The position numbers and the translations under genes are program-made. The notes below the pieces were generated by a model. It searched no databases. It was not told the origin of the DNA and was given only the letters and a program-made list of their open reading frames with translations. Shown here piece after piece: positions 1 through 13,327 of a DNA stretch of 64,000 nucleotides. The number at the start of each line of letters is the position of its first letter. Positions within the stretch are counted from its first letter, which is position 1. This DNA is from Salpingoeca rosetta (taxonomy: Eukaryota > Protista > Choanoflagellata), in contig JAWQFM010000023.1 of assembly GCA_033442325.1 (NCBI GenBank), positions 62,001 through 126,000 on the forward strand. Direction: 5' to 3'.

Positions 1-460
1 GCTGCTGCGTAAGTCACCAACCCGGTGCTGTGACATGGGTTCTGTGTGCAAAAAAGAAAAGCCCACAGAGCCCGACTTGCTCCACTTATGCATCACAGGG
101 ACATGAATGCCAAGCATCGAATTCAGTGGAAGTCGCCACTAATGCGACAGTGATGGCAGATCGGGCACACGGGCCGTTACGCCTTCGCATCAGTGCGCAC
201 TGGCGACTTGTCACAAGGATGACGCCACACAGCATGCGAATCTTGACTTTAGGTTAGACTGAGCTGTGTTGTCAGTCTGCTCTTCATGAGCTCGCTATCA
301 TCTTCAAAATCAAAGTCACAGTTATCATTACGACGCGTTTGTGCTCTTGCCAGTGGCTTCTATTCACTTTGCACGGACCGAGTCTCGGCACAGTGTAATG
401 TGATGTCGGGAGCCGGAGACGACGGGGGCCTTAGCGTTGACATTGCGACGTTGTTACACA

Positions 461-575
461 TTATGCAGGCGTCGGTGGCACGTGCGCAAGGAACCACTTG
501 AGCAGGCGGAGGTCGCGGTCTCGCTGGTACACGGGGTTCTCAAACCCGTGACCCTCTCCAGGATAGATGATGCAG

Positions 576-673
<98 letters not shown>

Positions 674-1356
674 GGGAAGGTGAGGGTTGTCGGCGTATGA
701 GAAGCAGAGCAAACGCGCGAGTGAGTGAGTCAGTGAAAGGGGGAAAAGTGCAAGCGCAGTTGGTGGTGGGAGCACATGTGGCTGACGTGTAGACCCAGGC
801 CTCAGCCCCACCTGTTGGAATGCCACGCGTGTGGAGGGCGCGGTAAGCGACGAGAGACGACGACTTGAGGCAGATGTCATCCTCATCTCCATGCAACAGC
901 AGCTGACACACAACAGCACATGCATGCACACATAACATGGTGAGATTTTGGTTGGTAGGAGGAGTGGCTGCGTGTGTGTTTGCGTGCGCGTGTGTCTACG
1001 TGTCTATGCGCCTGCGTGTAAGGGCATCTGCACGTGTGTCTGTGTATCTGCGTGTGTGTGTGGTTGTTACTATCAGCTGAACACAATGTTCACATACACG
1101 AAAACACATCGAGGTTGATTGAGGCATCTCGCACGTGAGCAGGCTGTACCGTTGGCGCGGTGATGTTTCCGAGTTGGTGGAACACGTCGCTGTCCTGTAA
1201 CGTGACCGCGTCAAACGAAGCGCAAGCTGATGAGGGGGCACGCGCATGCACACCAAGCATCCACACACACACTCACACACACACACACGCACTCACTTAC
1301 GTGGAGCATTCCTACATGCACGCATGCACACACACACACGCACACACACACACACA

Positions 1357-1388
<32 letters not shown>

Positions 1389-1605
1389 CATCCGCACAAC
1401 AAGCCTTGCCACTCACGATGGTTGCGTCTGTGATTGGCCACGCCTGCTTGCCAACATACTCGTCCTCCCACGTGACCTCCCACGTGAAGTCGCCCCCCTC
1501 AAGCGACATGAACCGCCCATGCACAAACCCGTACATGGCAACGCCAGCCTGCATTGGGAGAGGTGGTGGCGTGTGAGGTAGGGTGGGTGCTGATGCGTAT
1601 TTGTT

Positions 1606-1643
<38 letters not shown>

Positions 1644-2546
1644 TTTGTTTGTGTGTTTGTGTGTTTGTGTGTTTGTGTGTTTGATTGTTTGTTTGTTTGT
1701 TTGTGTGTGTGTGTTTGTGTGTCGAATCAAAGAACGTCCGCCAGGATCAACCTTGAAGGTGTCTGTGATGGCGAGGGAGCGCAGCGTCATGTACCCGCCT
1801 GATGGCCGCCGGTCACATGCGCGTAAACAAGTATATATGTGAGGCATAGAGAGCGCACTCGTGTAGGCTTGTGTGGTAGAAAAAGGACGAGCGACACACA
1901 CACACACACGCACACGCACACGCACACGCACACACACACACTCGCAAAGCTCTGTTTGCTGCACTGCTGACCGTAGGAGCCGCCGAAAATGCCAATGCGA
2001 TCCTCAAACGCAAATCCAGACTTGCGCATTGCCTGGATGGCTGAATAGTGGGGGTGGTGATGATGGCGGTTGACAACAAAGTTGTGAGTGACAGAAGCGA
2101 GCGTGGACTGAAACCAAAATGGCATGGTATAGCCATACACATGGTTACACACCAGCAGCACCACCACCACCGACGACATCGCAGTATCACCTGCAAGGAT
2201 GTCGCCAAGATCAGAGTCGTGGCGTCCCTGGCAGCCAATGTTTGCCTGCAAGCAATCCAAGCATGACAAGTGAATCTGACACGAGCGATTGCATTCCGGG
2301 TGTGTGTGTGTGTGTATGTGTGTGTATGTGTGTGTATGTGTGTGTATGTGTGTGTGTGTGTATGTGTGTGTGTGTGTATGTGTGTGTGTGTGTGTATGTG
2401 TGTGTGTGTGTGTAGTTGGGAGTGCCATGAGCATGGCTGTTGGTTATGTGTGGGCGCACGACCTGTGCAAACTTGTCGCCATAGCCAAGAGTGCCGCGGA
2501 AGAGAGGCATAATCACGCGGTAGCCAGACTTGAGCAGCTGCCTGTG

Positions 2547-2598
<52 letters not shown>

Positions 2599-5050
2599 CG
2601 ATAGGGAGGAAGTTGGTGATGAAGAGTAAAGCAAAGACAGTGACGCATACGCAGGCAAACACTCAAATGTTGAAGGCGCGAGTGTTCGTTGCCTGTGACC
2701 TGTATGGGTAGCGAACGTTGCTGGCAGCAGCGGTGCGGTGGGCGGTGAAAGCAACAGCTGGGCCGCCGTGTGCATGCACCAGCAGCGACGCATCAGCCTT
2801 TGTCTCTACAGGGTGGTCGTACAGAAGACAGGGTCAGTGCATGTTTATGAGTGCATGCATGTGAGTGCATGCATGTTCGTGCGCGCACATGAGTGCATGT
2901 TCGTGTGCTTGCATGTTTGTTTACATGTGACTGATCAAGCGCAAAATGAGCGGTGTCACACAACACCTGCAGTGTAGCAGTGCAGCATCTCCATGGCGGT
3001 GTCATCATGGGATGTGTACGAGACGATGTCCACACGAATGTCATCAAACTCCGCATCGTGCGGCAAATCAACCTCGCGCGCCACGCTTCCCTTGGCCGCA
3101 TCCACGCACACCACATGCGGATACCTGGTGGTGGCGGCAACAATGAAGGGAGGAGGTCGTCAACGTGTGGATATGGCGGTGATGCTGAGTGTCGAGAAGC
3201 AAACAGTGTGACGAGGGGAAGAGGAAGGCAGAAGGCGTCATGGGCAGTGCAACGCACTACCGCATACACGTAGCAACGCACCACTGCACAAACACACATC
3301 ACAACAGCAGCGCACCTGCGATGGCTCTCTGAGATGAAGCAGAGGCGACGGGTGTCATCACCTGCTGTGACAGCAACACATGGTGTCGTGGCCGGTGCAA
3401 GCAGCTCAGCCGCCTGCTCTGGATGCCGCCAGTCGGCAACTGAAGGTGTGGGCATTGTGTGTGTATGTGTGTGTATGTGTGTGCATGTGTGTGTGTATGG
3501 GTGTGTATGTGTGTGTATTGTGTATTGTGTGTGTGTTTTGTGAATTGTGTATGTGTGTGTATGCGTGTATGTGTGTGTATGTGTGTGTGTGTATGTGTGT
3601 GTGTGTGTGTTAAGCAAAGTGAGGGCAGGACGACGACAGCTCCGACTGCAACACGACACGACACGACACATGCTGATATGGGGTGCCAATGCAGGTGCAC
3701 CCCAGCCAGCGCGTGCATGTAGACCGGAATGGAACGCACGGTAGAGGGAGCGCTCGGCGACGCCTTCGATGAGAGTGATGAGGATTGAAGAGGACGCAAC
3801 GCCCTGCACCAGCTGCTTGCAGGCACGAGGCAGGGAGGTTGGCGTGCGGACGTGTGTGGGTATGTGTGAGAAATAGGCGTGCTCGCTCAAGTCGTCAATG
3901 AAGAGCGCAACGCAACATGTCCCGTGATCGCCCATCAACACCACGTGCAAACCATACACACACACACACACGACACAAGCACCGCACACACACACACATC
4001 ACACTGACACCTCACACCAACACCTCGACATCCCCCATCAACACCACGTGCATCGCATGTGCGTGCGCGTGTGCACCTGCACGTGTGTCTGCTGTGGGGA
4101 GAGGAGAATGCGGTCATCGTCTGTTGTCGCCATGAGGGCGCTCTTGATCGGGCACGCGAACAGCGGGCAGTGTGTTGTGATGGGCCGCTTCTCGCTGTAG
4201 TTCGCCTGGGGTGCACACAAGCGAAGAAGAGGCACCCGTGTTGGTGGTGTTGGAAACAAAACAAGCATGCATGGAGCAAGTGCACGTAAGAAGGGTGCAC
4301 ATGCAGACGCACATACACACACATATGTACACACAACCACACACACACACATATTTGTTACACACACACACACTTGTTTCACACAACCACAAGAGCACGT
4401 CTTGGTAGTCATCACCACCACTTGACATGTGAGTGTGTATGTGCGCGTGCGTGTGTGTGTACCGTGTAGAGGATGGCCGTAGAATCGTGCGTGAATACAA
4501 CCTCCCCAACGCGTCCAGCATCAGCCGTGACCTGACCAGGGGATGAAAGCAGGTTTCGTGTGAAGGTGTGAGCCATAAGCGCACATGGAAGCAAGGTGAA
4601 CCACGTGCACAAGACCAACGCAACACAAGCAGCGATAGCAAACTTCGACACCCACGCACTCGAATGCAAGGACGTGAATGCAAGTGTTTACATGTGTGAG
4701 TAAACACACAAACGCACACGCACACACAGATGTACTAACGTAACACAAAACACACTCGTACACAGACATACGCGACGTGCCTGGTGCGGGGTGGCGGCGG
4801 GAGCAAGGCGGCATATGACGACTTCGCCCCTCTCTGCTTCCTCGGGAATCACATTCGTCATGACCGCATACGCACACAGGCGACCGTCGCCTGCTCAGAG
4901 GACACACACCGCATACACAATCGTAGAAGCGTGAAGACGAGCAGATGTGAACTGCGCTCTTTGTTCCCCTCACACACATACACACACACGAAGGCACGCA
5001 CACACACACAAACACACAATCACACGCACACGCACACGCACACGCACACG

Positions 5051-5139
<89 letters not shown>

Positions 5140-5440
5140 AGGCACGCACACACACACACGCATCGACTGCGCACTTGCGATGGTGAGGCGTTCTGCCGTC
5201 TCTGGGACGACGCAGACGGTGGCCCATCCCGCGAGCGGCCGATGGGCGAGGAGGGTCTTGGCGGCAGGCTCACACGGCAGCACAAGCGGGGCGTCCTTGC
5301 AACCTGTTTCGAGAACCGTTGGTGGGAGCAGTGGGCCACGTGCATGAGTGGCATGACGTGTGCATGTACACGTGATGTTTTTGTGTGTGATATGTGCCTG
5401 AACGTCATGTTTGTGACATGTGTGCGAAATATGCATGACA

Positions 5441-5474
<34 letters not shown>

Positions 5475-5798
5475 CTTGTGCACTCACGTTCGTCGGGCTG
5501 GAAGCAGGCGACGGTGGCACCGGCGTCCACGGAGTAAGTGATGCAGACCTCCGAGGCTCTTGCAGGCAATGTACACACGTCCGATGTCTCCTTGGTCGCA
5601 AAGTCGTACAACTTCACATCCTGTGATTGCAACGATGAACAGCAAGATGCAGGTTGGCGTACATTGTGAGTACACCCGGGCGAAAGTGCCTACGTGCACG
5701 GGCAGTTCCGACACAAACGTTCACACATTCAAGGGTACGAGTTCCCACGCACACACACACACACACGCACGCGCGCGCACACACACACACACACACAT

Positions 5799-5837
<39 letters not shown>

Positions 5838-6039
5838 CGCACACACGCACCTGGCCTTTCTGGTACGCAAATGCCGTATCGGAGATTGGAAAGAAGCCGT
5901 CCACGTCGGTCAAGGTGAGCGAGTCATCCAGGGTGGCAACGGTGTTGCCGGCTCCTTGCGACCTGTAGAACTGCAGTGTGCTGGCTTTGCGCTACAACGT
6001 GCCGGGCGTGTGTGTGTGTGTGTGTAGATGTGTGTGTAG

Positions 6040-6077
<38 letters not shown>

Positions 6078-6509
6078 GTGTAGATGTGTGTGTAGATGTG
6101 TGTGTGTGTGTTGAGAGTGAGCGTTTGGATGGGGGAAGTGCATGAAAAAAAGAGAGTGTGTGAGAGAGAGTGTGTGTGTGTGAAAGAAAGAGAGGGTGTG
6201 TGAGTGTTTGCACATGTGTCGAGTGCATTCGTATGCGCACGTGTGAATTATGTGCCTCATCAGTGATCACGGAGAGTGTGTTGGCTTGTCGTCTTCTCCC
6301 ATTCCCCCCCCCCCCCCAAGCTTATCATTCTCTCCTCAAACACCCCACTGCACGCGTCTCACCTCGCACACGATGATAGCTGCATCATCGTCGCCATCCT
6401 CCTTGTTCAAGACAAACACGGCGGACGGCCGCACCACGTCCTTGCCTGGTCCACACAGCGCAGCAATGCGCGCATCAACCCGAGGTTGTTGCGGTGGGGT
6501 GGTTGTCAT
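461..6509 (-). CDS. S9-family serine peptidase (dipeptidyl aminopeptidase/acylaminoacyl peptidase-like), multi-exon
   Basis: Spliced exons give [36 protein letters not shown]|GYMT (nucleophile GxSxG, split by an intron), [11 protein letters not shown] (Asp) and [10 protein letters not shown] (His). Stop at 461. Start inferred at the ATG at 6509 (MTTTPPQQ); internal exons of the N-terminal half are only approximately resolved. Confidence 0.88.
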
Positions 6510-6685
6510 CGTGCTTGCTTGTGGTGTTGTTGCAGTGTGCTTGTTCTGAGCAGCGGTCGAGTTTGATGATGATTGCGGAAAAGTGAAAGCTATCTTGCTA
6601 CACTTTTCAACACTGTCCTCCAAGCAAACTCACTACGACCACCACAACACCCACAACCACAACAACAACAACCACAACACGCACA

Positions 6686-7753
6686 ATGCCTGCGGTGAGT
6701 GCTGCGGACGGGCCAGTGGCCGTGACGGGGGCCAGTGGCTACATTGGGTCGTGGATTGTGCAAGACTTGGTGGAGCACGGATACACGGTGCACGCGTGCG
6801 TGCGGGATGTGAAGCGCCCGGAGAAGGTGGACCACCTGCTCGCCTTGAACGGGAAGGAAGGCTGCACGGGCCAAGTGAAGTTGTTTGCGGCGGACCTGTT
6901 CAAGGAGGGCAGCTACGACGACGCCTTTGCTGGGTGCGCTGCCGTTGTGCACGCCGCTGCCGCTGTTGGCTACAACAAGGAGACGCCACAGGAGGTGTAT
7001 GATGGCTGCTTCACGCAGAACAAGCACGTGGTTGACGCTGTGAACAAGGCCGGGACGGTGAAGCGGTTTGTGTTCACGAGCTCCGGCGCAGCGGTCGTGC
7101 ACCCGCATGCAGAGGGCTACGTGTTTACGGAGAAGGACTGGTGCGACCAAGACCGCGACCCAGAGAAGTGGCGCGAGGCAGACATTCCCACCAATAGGGA
7201 CCTGGCGTATGCGATGGCCAAGGCAGCGACGGAGCGCATGATCAACGAGCTGTCTGCCAAGGAGGAGACGACGTGGGACGCCGTGTCCACGATGCCGTCG
7301 CACGTCATCGGGCCGCTCATGTGCGCCAACCATGACCAGGGCTGGAGCTGGCAGAACTGCATCAAGCAGATGCTGCAGGGCAAGCCGTACACGAAGGTGG
7401 CAGGCGGCCGCATGCTGTGGAACATCGTGGACGTGCGTGATGTCGCCATTGGCCACCGCCTGTGTCTGGAGAGCAAGACCATCAAGCCGGGCTCCCGCTA
7501 CCTGCTGTGCGCCGCCGACCCCTCATACGAGCTCTTCACGTGGCAGCTGCAGAAGCGCATGCAGGAGCTGTTCCCAGACATCCCCGTCATTGGCGGGGAG
7601 GAGATGGAGGGCGACAAGCCCGCACAGCCCGTGCCAAACCCGCCCTTTGTCTACTGCACACTGGCCAAGGAGGAGCTTGGCTTGAAGCCCATCGACGTCA
7701 ACACCACCATCAAGGACACGGGCCTCTCCCTCCAGCGCCTCAACCTTCTCTGA
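6686..7753 (+). CDS. Extended SDR, NAD(P)-dependent epimerase/dehydratase, dihydroflavonol reductase/cinnamoyl-CoA reductase-like; single exon, 355 aa
   Basis: Uninterrupted ORF with VAVTGASGYIG Rossmann motif, VVHAA, RFVFTSS, catalytic YAMAK (YxxxK) and VDVRDVA. Confidence 0.95.
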   Translation: MPAVSAADGPVAVTGASGYIGSWIVQDLVEHGYTVHACVRDVKRPEKVDHLLALNGKEGCTGQVKLFAADLFKEGSYDDAFAGCAAVVHAAAAVGYNKETPQEVYDGCFTQNKHVVDAVNKAGTVKRFVFTSSGAAVVHPHAEGYVFTEKDWCDQDRDPEKWREADIPTNRDLAYAMAKAATERMINELSAKEETTWDAVSTMPSHVIGPLMCANHDQGWSWQNCIKQMLQGKPYTKVAGGRMLWNIVDVRDVAIGHRLCLESKTIKPGSRYLLCAADPSYELFTWQLQKRMQELFPDIPVIGGEEMEGDKPAQPVPNPPFVYCTLAKEELGLKPIDVNTTIKDTGLSLQRLNLL

Positions 7754-8062
7754 TCCCACTGCTTTCATTCGCTTTCTTGTGCAACAAGCGCATACTCACG
7801 CAGCCAGGGCTGTTGCTGTTTGTGCAGTGACCTGTGCAGCGTGTGCAGTTGCTCAAGCAGTTACACCTCCTCCTACCATTGACGTGTTCTTGCCTCAACT
7901 CCACTGTGCAACGTGGGACTTGCAGTGCCAGCGTGGCACTTGCTTCTTGTTTGTTTTGTTTGCTCTCTCTTTTTGTTTGTTTTTTCATTTCCACACCAAA
8001 CAAAGTCCTCCCACCAAACAACAAAGCTGAGATCGATCGGTCAAGCTGAAGCAGCAGACAGT

Positions 8063-8127
<65 letters not shown>

Positions 8128-8146
8128 CACACACGGCAAGGCGGTG

Positions 8147-8798
8147 ATGGAGCCAGACTTTCACAACTTGATCCGGCTTGTCGTGATCGGCGATGATGGC
8201 GTCGGGAAGACAAGCGTGCTCCGCAAGTTTGTTGTGAGTCCATGTCATTTGTGTGTCTGTGTGTCTGTGCCTGTGTCCTTGTCTGTGTGTCTGTGTGTTT
8301 GTCTGTGCCTGTGTCTGCCCGCCTGCCGTGCCTGCCTGTCTTTCCCATCGCACCCCCAACTCACAATATCCCCACATTGGCACTCGCTTTGATCCAGGAT
8401 CACAGATACAGCGATGTGTACATGCCCACGATCGGCGTGGACTTTGTAAGCAAATACCTGGCTTGTTGTCCCCTCCCCGCCTCTCACTTGCCCTGCGTAC
8501 GTGCTTGCCAGTTGCTGCCTCGATGCACCCTTAGCATCTTTGGATGATGCGCCATATCCACGCAACCTCCTCACACATCACGCCCTTGCATGATCGTACA
8601 TGGGATCAAAGAAACTGTCGACCATGGACGGGGCAGGCAAGCGCAGCAAAGTTCAGATTGTAAGTACAACAAGTGACAGCAGTCGTCACGATCGTCCCTG
8701 TTGTGCGATCGAGCTGTCGTCTTTGCCCTCGTGCCTCTGCTGCTGTGCGCCTGTGTTACTGCCCGCACCTCAACATTACGTCTCCTGCAATTGCACAC

Positions 8799-8883
<85 letters not shown>

Positions 8884-8975
8884 CTTGTTGGTTGCAGTGG
8901 GATACGGCCGGGCAAGAACGCTTCCGCTCCATCACGAGGGGCTACTACCGCAGCGCTGACGGCTTCATCATGGCA
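8147..8975 (+). CDS. Rab-family small GTPase, N-terminal four exons only
   Basis: Spliced: [29 protein letters not shown]|[16 protein letters not shown]|[16 protein letters not shown]|[25 protein letters not shown], covering G1-G3 and RabF motifs. No NKxD, SAK or prenylation exons found downstream. Confidence 0.88.
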
Positions 8976-9064
8976 GTACACGGGGATATCGTTCTAATGG
9001 CGGTGGTGGTGATGGTGGAGATGGTGATGGTGGTAGTGGTGGAGATGATGGTGGTTGTCCTGGA

Positions 9065-9066
<2 letters not shown>

Positions 9067-9138
<72 letters not shown>
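9067..9138. repeat. (CA)n microsatellite at the Rab/DHPS junction
   Basis: Pure CA tract of about 70 bp, representative of dozens of intronic CA/TG tracts in the window. Confidence 0.95.
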
Positions 9139-9141
<3 letters not shown>

Positions 9142-11128
9142 GTAGACCGAGTCTGGGTTGTCAATTTCCTTTCCCAGGCGGTGGATCATGCGCGATGGCG
9201 TCCAGTGCGCTCCCTGACACACACACACACACGCACACACACACACACGCACGTACGTACATACATACACACATACATACATACCATACATACATACATA
9301 CATACATACATACATACATACATACATACATACACACATACATACATACATACATACATGCATACATACACACATACATACACACGTGAGAATGAAACAG
9401 CACGCTGTGAGTTGCCAGACGCATATGGACTGCGCATCAATGAGCATGCACTATCATCACCACCACCACCACCACCGCCACTATCATCGTCACCTCTGTC
9501 TTCTGCTCGTGCAACATCTGGTCCAAGATGGGCATCATCCACTCCTCAAACTTGACGTAGTTCTGGACACACACACACACATGTATACACACATATGTTT
9601 GCACACGTACAAGCAAATGCGTAAATGAACAGTGAAGCCCAACGCAAGCGACGCACACACGCACACACGCACACACGCAAACACACACACACACAAACAC
9701 GCACACAGGAAAGCGTACGTCGTTTGGGACGAGGAGGTTGCCGATGCGGTTGATGCCTTTGAGTCGCAGGTCGCGGCCCTTGAGGCTGAAGTCGCCGAGA
9801 TACGTGTCCGCCATGCACTGCACACAGGTAGTACGTGCACATGATGAAACAGGTGAGCAACACAATGCACACACGTCAAAGCACACACAATGCACGCACA
9901 TCGGGAACAGGTGAGCAACACAATGCGCACACGTCAAAGCACACACAATGCACGCACATCGTGAACAGGTGAGCAACACAATGCACACACGTCAAAGCAC
10001 ATGTACAGAAACACACAATGCACTCTCGTATACACGTGTGCACGCTCAAAACAAAAGCGCACGCATTCTGTGGCACGGACCTTGATAAAGTCTTCCTCGA
10101 TGCCACCAGCAGTAGTCACAATCACGTCCACCTACACGGCCAGCAAAAACAATCAATGAGCGAGGATGAACACATATATACGCATACATGAGCACAGCGC
10201 ACAGGTGATTCACAAGCAGGAACCCCCTCCACACACACATACACACATACACACATACAAACACATACACACACATGCATGCGCGCACCATCTTGTGTTG
10301 CACGAGGAATCGGATGGTGTCGCGGACACCGGCAGAGATCATGTTGGAGGTGTAGCCGAGGAAGATCTTTGTCTTGACCTTCTTACGCGCCTCTGGGTCA
10401 CGAAGCTCTTCATCCTCGCCCTCCTTCACAGGCTCATCGGCCAGCGACCAGTCCAGCTGCGAGCCCATGCACACGAACGTGATGAATGACAACGAACGAA
10501 CCAAACAACTACACAAACAAACAACCAACCAAACAACCAGCTTCTCACACAATGTGGTGCCGCACAGGGCATTTGTGTGCACACGGAACACACGGGGCAC
10601 ACGGGGCACATAGAGCACGCCTCACGTCACCCGTGTGCATGCAAGCATCAGCGCCAGCAAGCTCATCAGCGACCTTACCATGCGCTGCACTTCCTCGATG
10701 GCAAGGCCGAGGTTGGTGGCCTGGAACCCGGTCGTGAGGAACGACTGCAGCAGCTTGTCGTGGTCCACGCCTTGGTTGAAATCATAGCCTGTTTACGCCG
10801 CAACCGTGAGTGTTGGTGCTGATCGTGGTCACGCTGTGGACGTTCGTCCATGTGGCACTGTTATGACTTGACAAGTTCACACTCACACGCACGTGGGCAC
10901 ATTCCCTTTCACACGCGTGGCACACGTACACACACTTGGCACGCACACGCACACACACACACACATGCACACACACATGCACACACACACGCACACACGC
11001 ACACACACATGCACACACACACACGCACACACACACACACTACACGCACCTTTGACTTTCACTGCGTCCTCCGGCATGGGTTCGCTCCTCAGCAGAACAG
11101 CCTGCTGTGCGTCCGTGGCCTGCTCCAT
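9139..11128 (-). CDS. DHPS: Deoxyhypusine synthase, 7 exons visible, C-terminal part missing
   Basis: Exons: [19 protein letters not shown]...[94 protein letters not shown]. Confidence 0.95.
9846..10020. repeat. 58-bp minisatellite, about 3 copies, in a DHPS intron
   Basis: acaggtgagcaacacaatgc...gtcaaagcaca recurs at 9849, 9907 and 9965. Confidence 0.9.
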
Positions 11129-11330
11129 GACTGCCTCCTGCGTGATCTACTGTAAACTCACTGATCGGCGAGAGTGATGTACCTGTTGTGCGGCTGTCCG
11201 TGATGTGACGGCTGTTGTGGTGGTGGTTATGATGCTTGCTCTGGAGAGCACGTTGTTGCGTGCACGAGATCGCTGAAAATTTATGGAAGCTGTTCGATAT
11301 TTTTCAGGACTTGACCAACCAGGACGCAAG
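11129..11330. promoter_or_regulatory. Probable bidirectional promoter region DHPS/COX11
   Basis: Divergent starts about 200 bp apart, with AT-rich ctgaaaattt and gatatttttcag elements. Confidence 0.45.
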
Positions 11331-11746
11331 ATGGTGATGGCTGGTGTGTTTACGGGTGTTGCGAGGTTGTGTGGGGTGTGCATGGCGAAAGCGGCCACGG
11401 CGCAGCCGCAGAGCATGGCGCGAGGCGTCGCAGCGGGCGTGTTGCGGGCGACATCGGCGCGAACGGTGACGACATATTCTGCGCAGTCCCAGAGAACAGC
11501 GAGAGCGGTCATGGCCCACACATCCACGAGCAGACACACGCCGCGCACCCTGCAGTGGCTCAGCCAGAGCTGGAGTCGCCGCCTCTATTCAACACAGTAT
11601 CAGCAGCCGCAGTTTAGCCGCGGCGATAACAAGGCGACCGCCATCTACGCCACGGCTTGGATCATCATGATCTTGGGCTTCTCCTACGCAGCCGTGCCGC
11701 TCTACAGAGCCTTCTGCCAGGCATGGCGTGTGTGTATTGTGCGCTC

Positions 11747-11777
<31 letters not shown>

Positions 11778-11817
11778 CGTGTGTGTGTGTGTGTGTCTGT
11801 GTTGTGGGTGATGTACT

Positions 11818-11853
<36 letters not shown>

Positions 11854-13294
11854 TGTCTGTGCGTCGTACATTGTGGCACATTGTGTCTCGCGTACTTGTG
11901 TGCAGAGAAACGGGCCACCCTGAAGCGGTTGCCGAGAAACGGGCCACCCTGAAGCGGTTGTCATATTTGGTGGGTCACGCGCTCACCCATTTGTTGCGAC
12001 TTGTACTGACAGGCCACTGGGTATGGCGGTACGGTGAACAAGCACGACAACGATAAGAAAAAGGTGCGGGCATGATCTTTGCGTACAATGGCTCTTTGCG
12101 TTGCCTGATTGAGTGGGGCTGTGTTTGGAGGGGTTGTATCAGTCCACCTTGTCCTCATGCGTATTTATTCCTTCAGGTTGAGGACATGGTGCCTGTGGAA
12201 GATCGACAAATCACCGTCAGGTGCGTCATGGCTCAGTGCACGTTGGCATGTGCCACTGAACTTTTCTGCATCCACACGCACACACACTCACTCACTCACA
12301 CACACTCACACTCACTCACACGCACACACTCACACACGCACACACACTCTCTCACTCGCTCACTCCCTTACTCACACACTCTCTCTCACTCGTTCACTCC
12401 CTTACTCACTCACTCACACACTCCCTTACTCACTCACTCAACCCCCCCCCCACCTGTGGCTGTTGCGTGATAGGTTCAATGCCGACACGAGTGCCACGAT
12501 GCCGTGGTCGTTCAAGCCACAACAGAAGGCAGTCACTGTACGTTGATGCAGGCGAGGCAGAGTGAGGGCATCTGTCTGCTGGCTGTTCTATTTGCAGGCT
12601 GTGCTGTTGCAAACTGCCCTGCTGCCTACTGCCCTGCTGTCCTGCTGTACGTAGCGACACCCGTGCACACCTACCTTCACATGCGTCACGCCCTACACCC
12701 TTGCTGCGCACGTGTGAACAACGCAGGTTGTTCCTGGCGAGACAGCGCTTGCGTTCTTCACCGCCTCCAACCCCACGGATGAGGCCATCACAGGCATCTC
12801 CACATACAACGTCGTCCCCTTTGAGGTGCTGCTGATGATGTGTCTTGCATGTGTGTGTGTGTGTATGTGTGCGTGTGTGCGCGTGTGTGTATGTGTGTAT
12901 CTGCATCACTGTCTGTATCTGTATCATTGTCTGTGTGTGTCTGGTGCAGAAGACTGACACCAGCACCTCCTTGTGTATGTGTGTGTGCAAACAGGCAGGG
13001 CAGTACTTCAACAAGATCCAGTGCTTCTGTTTCGAAGAGCAGCGATTGAATCCAAACGAGGAGGTGGATATGCCCGTCTTCTTCTACATCGACCCGGAGT
13101 TTGCAGAGGACCCAAACCTCATGCGGGTGCGGCGGCACTGCTGATGGAGATGGCCGTGTTGGCATGCATGTCTCCATGTTTGTCGCTTGATGACGTGACA
13201 TGACCAAACCACCCCTGGCACACGCACACACACACACACCCACGCGCGCGCACGTTGATGCTTGCAGTTAAAGCTCACATCCACACACACACAT

Positions 13295-13327
<33 letters not shown>

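Noticed and set aside
1-501. Possible 3' exons of a plus-strand gene overlapping the end of the S9 peptidase
   Set aside because: Donor- and acceptor-like sites exist (gtaagt at 9), but there is no recognisable homology and no unique phase-consistent model.
6590-7456. 288-aa antisense ORF over the reductase (likewise 43910..45430 over CFAP46 and 20420..21205 over cyclin H)
   Set aside because: These are shadow ORFs expected from GC-biased codon usage, with no motifs.
8571-8981. Minus-strand ORF containing DEAVS, resembling the missing DHPS PDEAVSWGK
   Set aside because: It is the antisense of the Rab exon. WGK and all flanking DHPS residues are absent, so the match is coincidental.
9846-11960. 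Short direct repeats as a CRISPR-like array
   Set aside because: They are head-to-tail tandem copies without unique spacers, there are no cas genes, and the context is eukaryotic introns.
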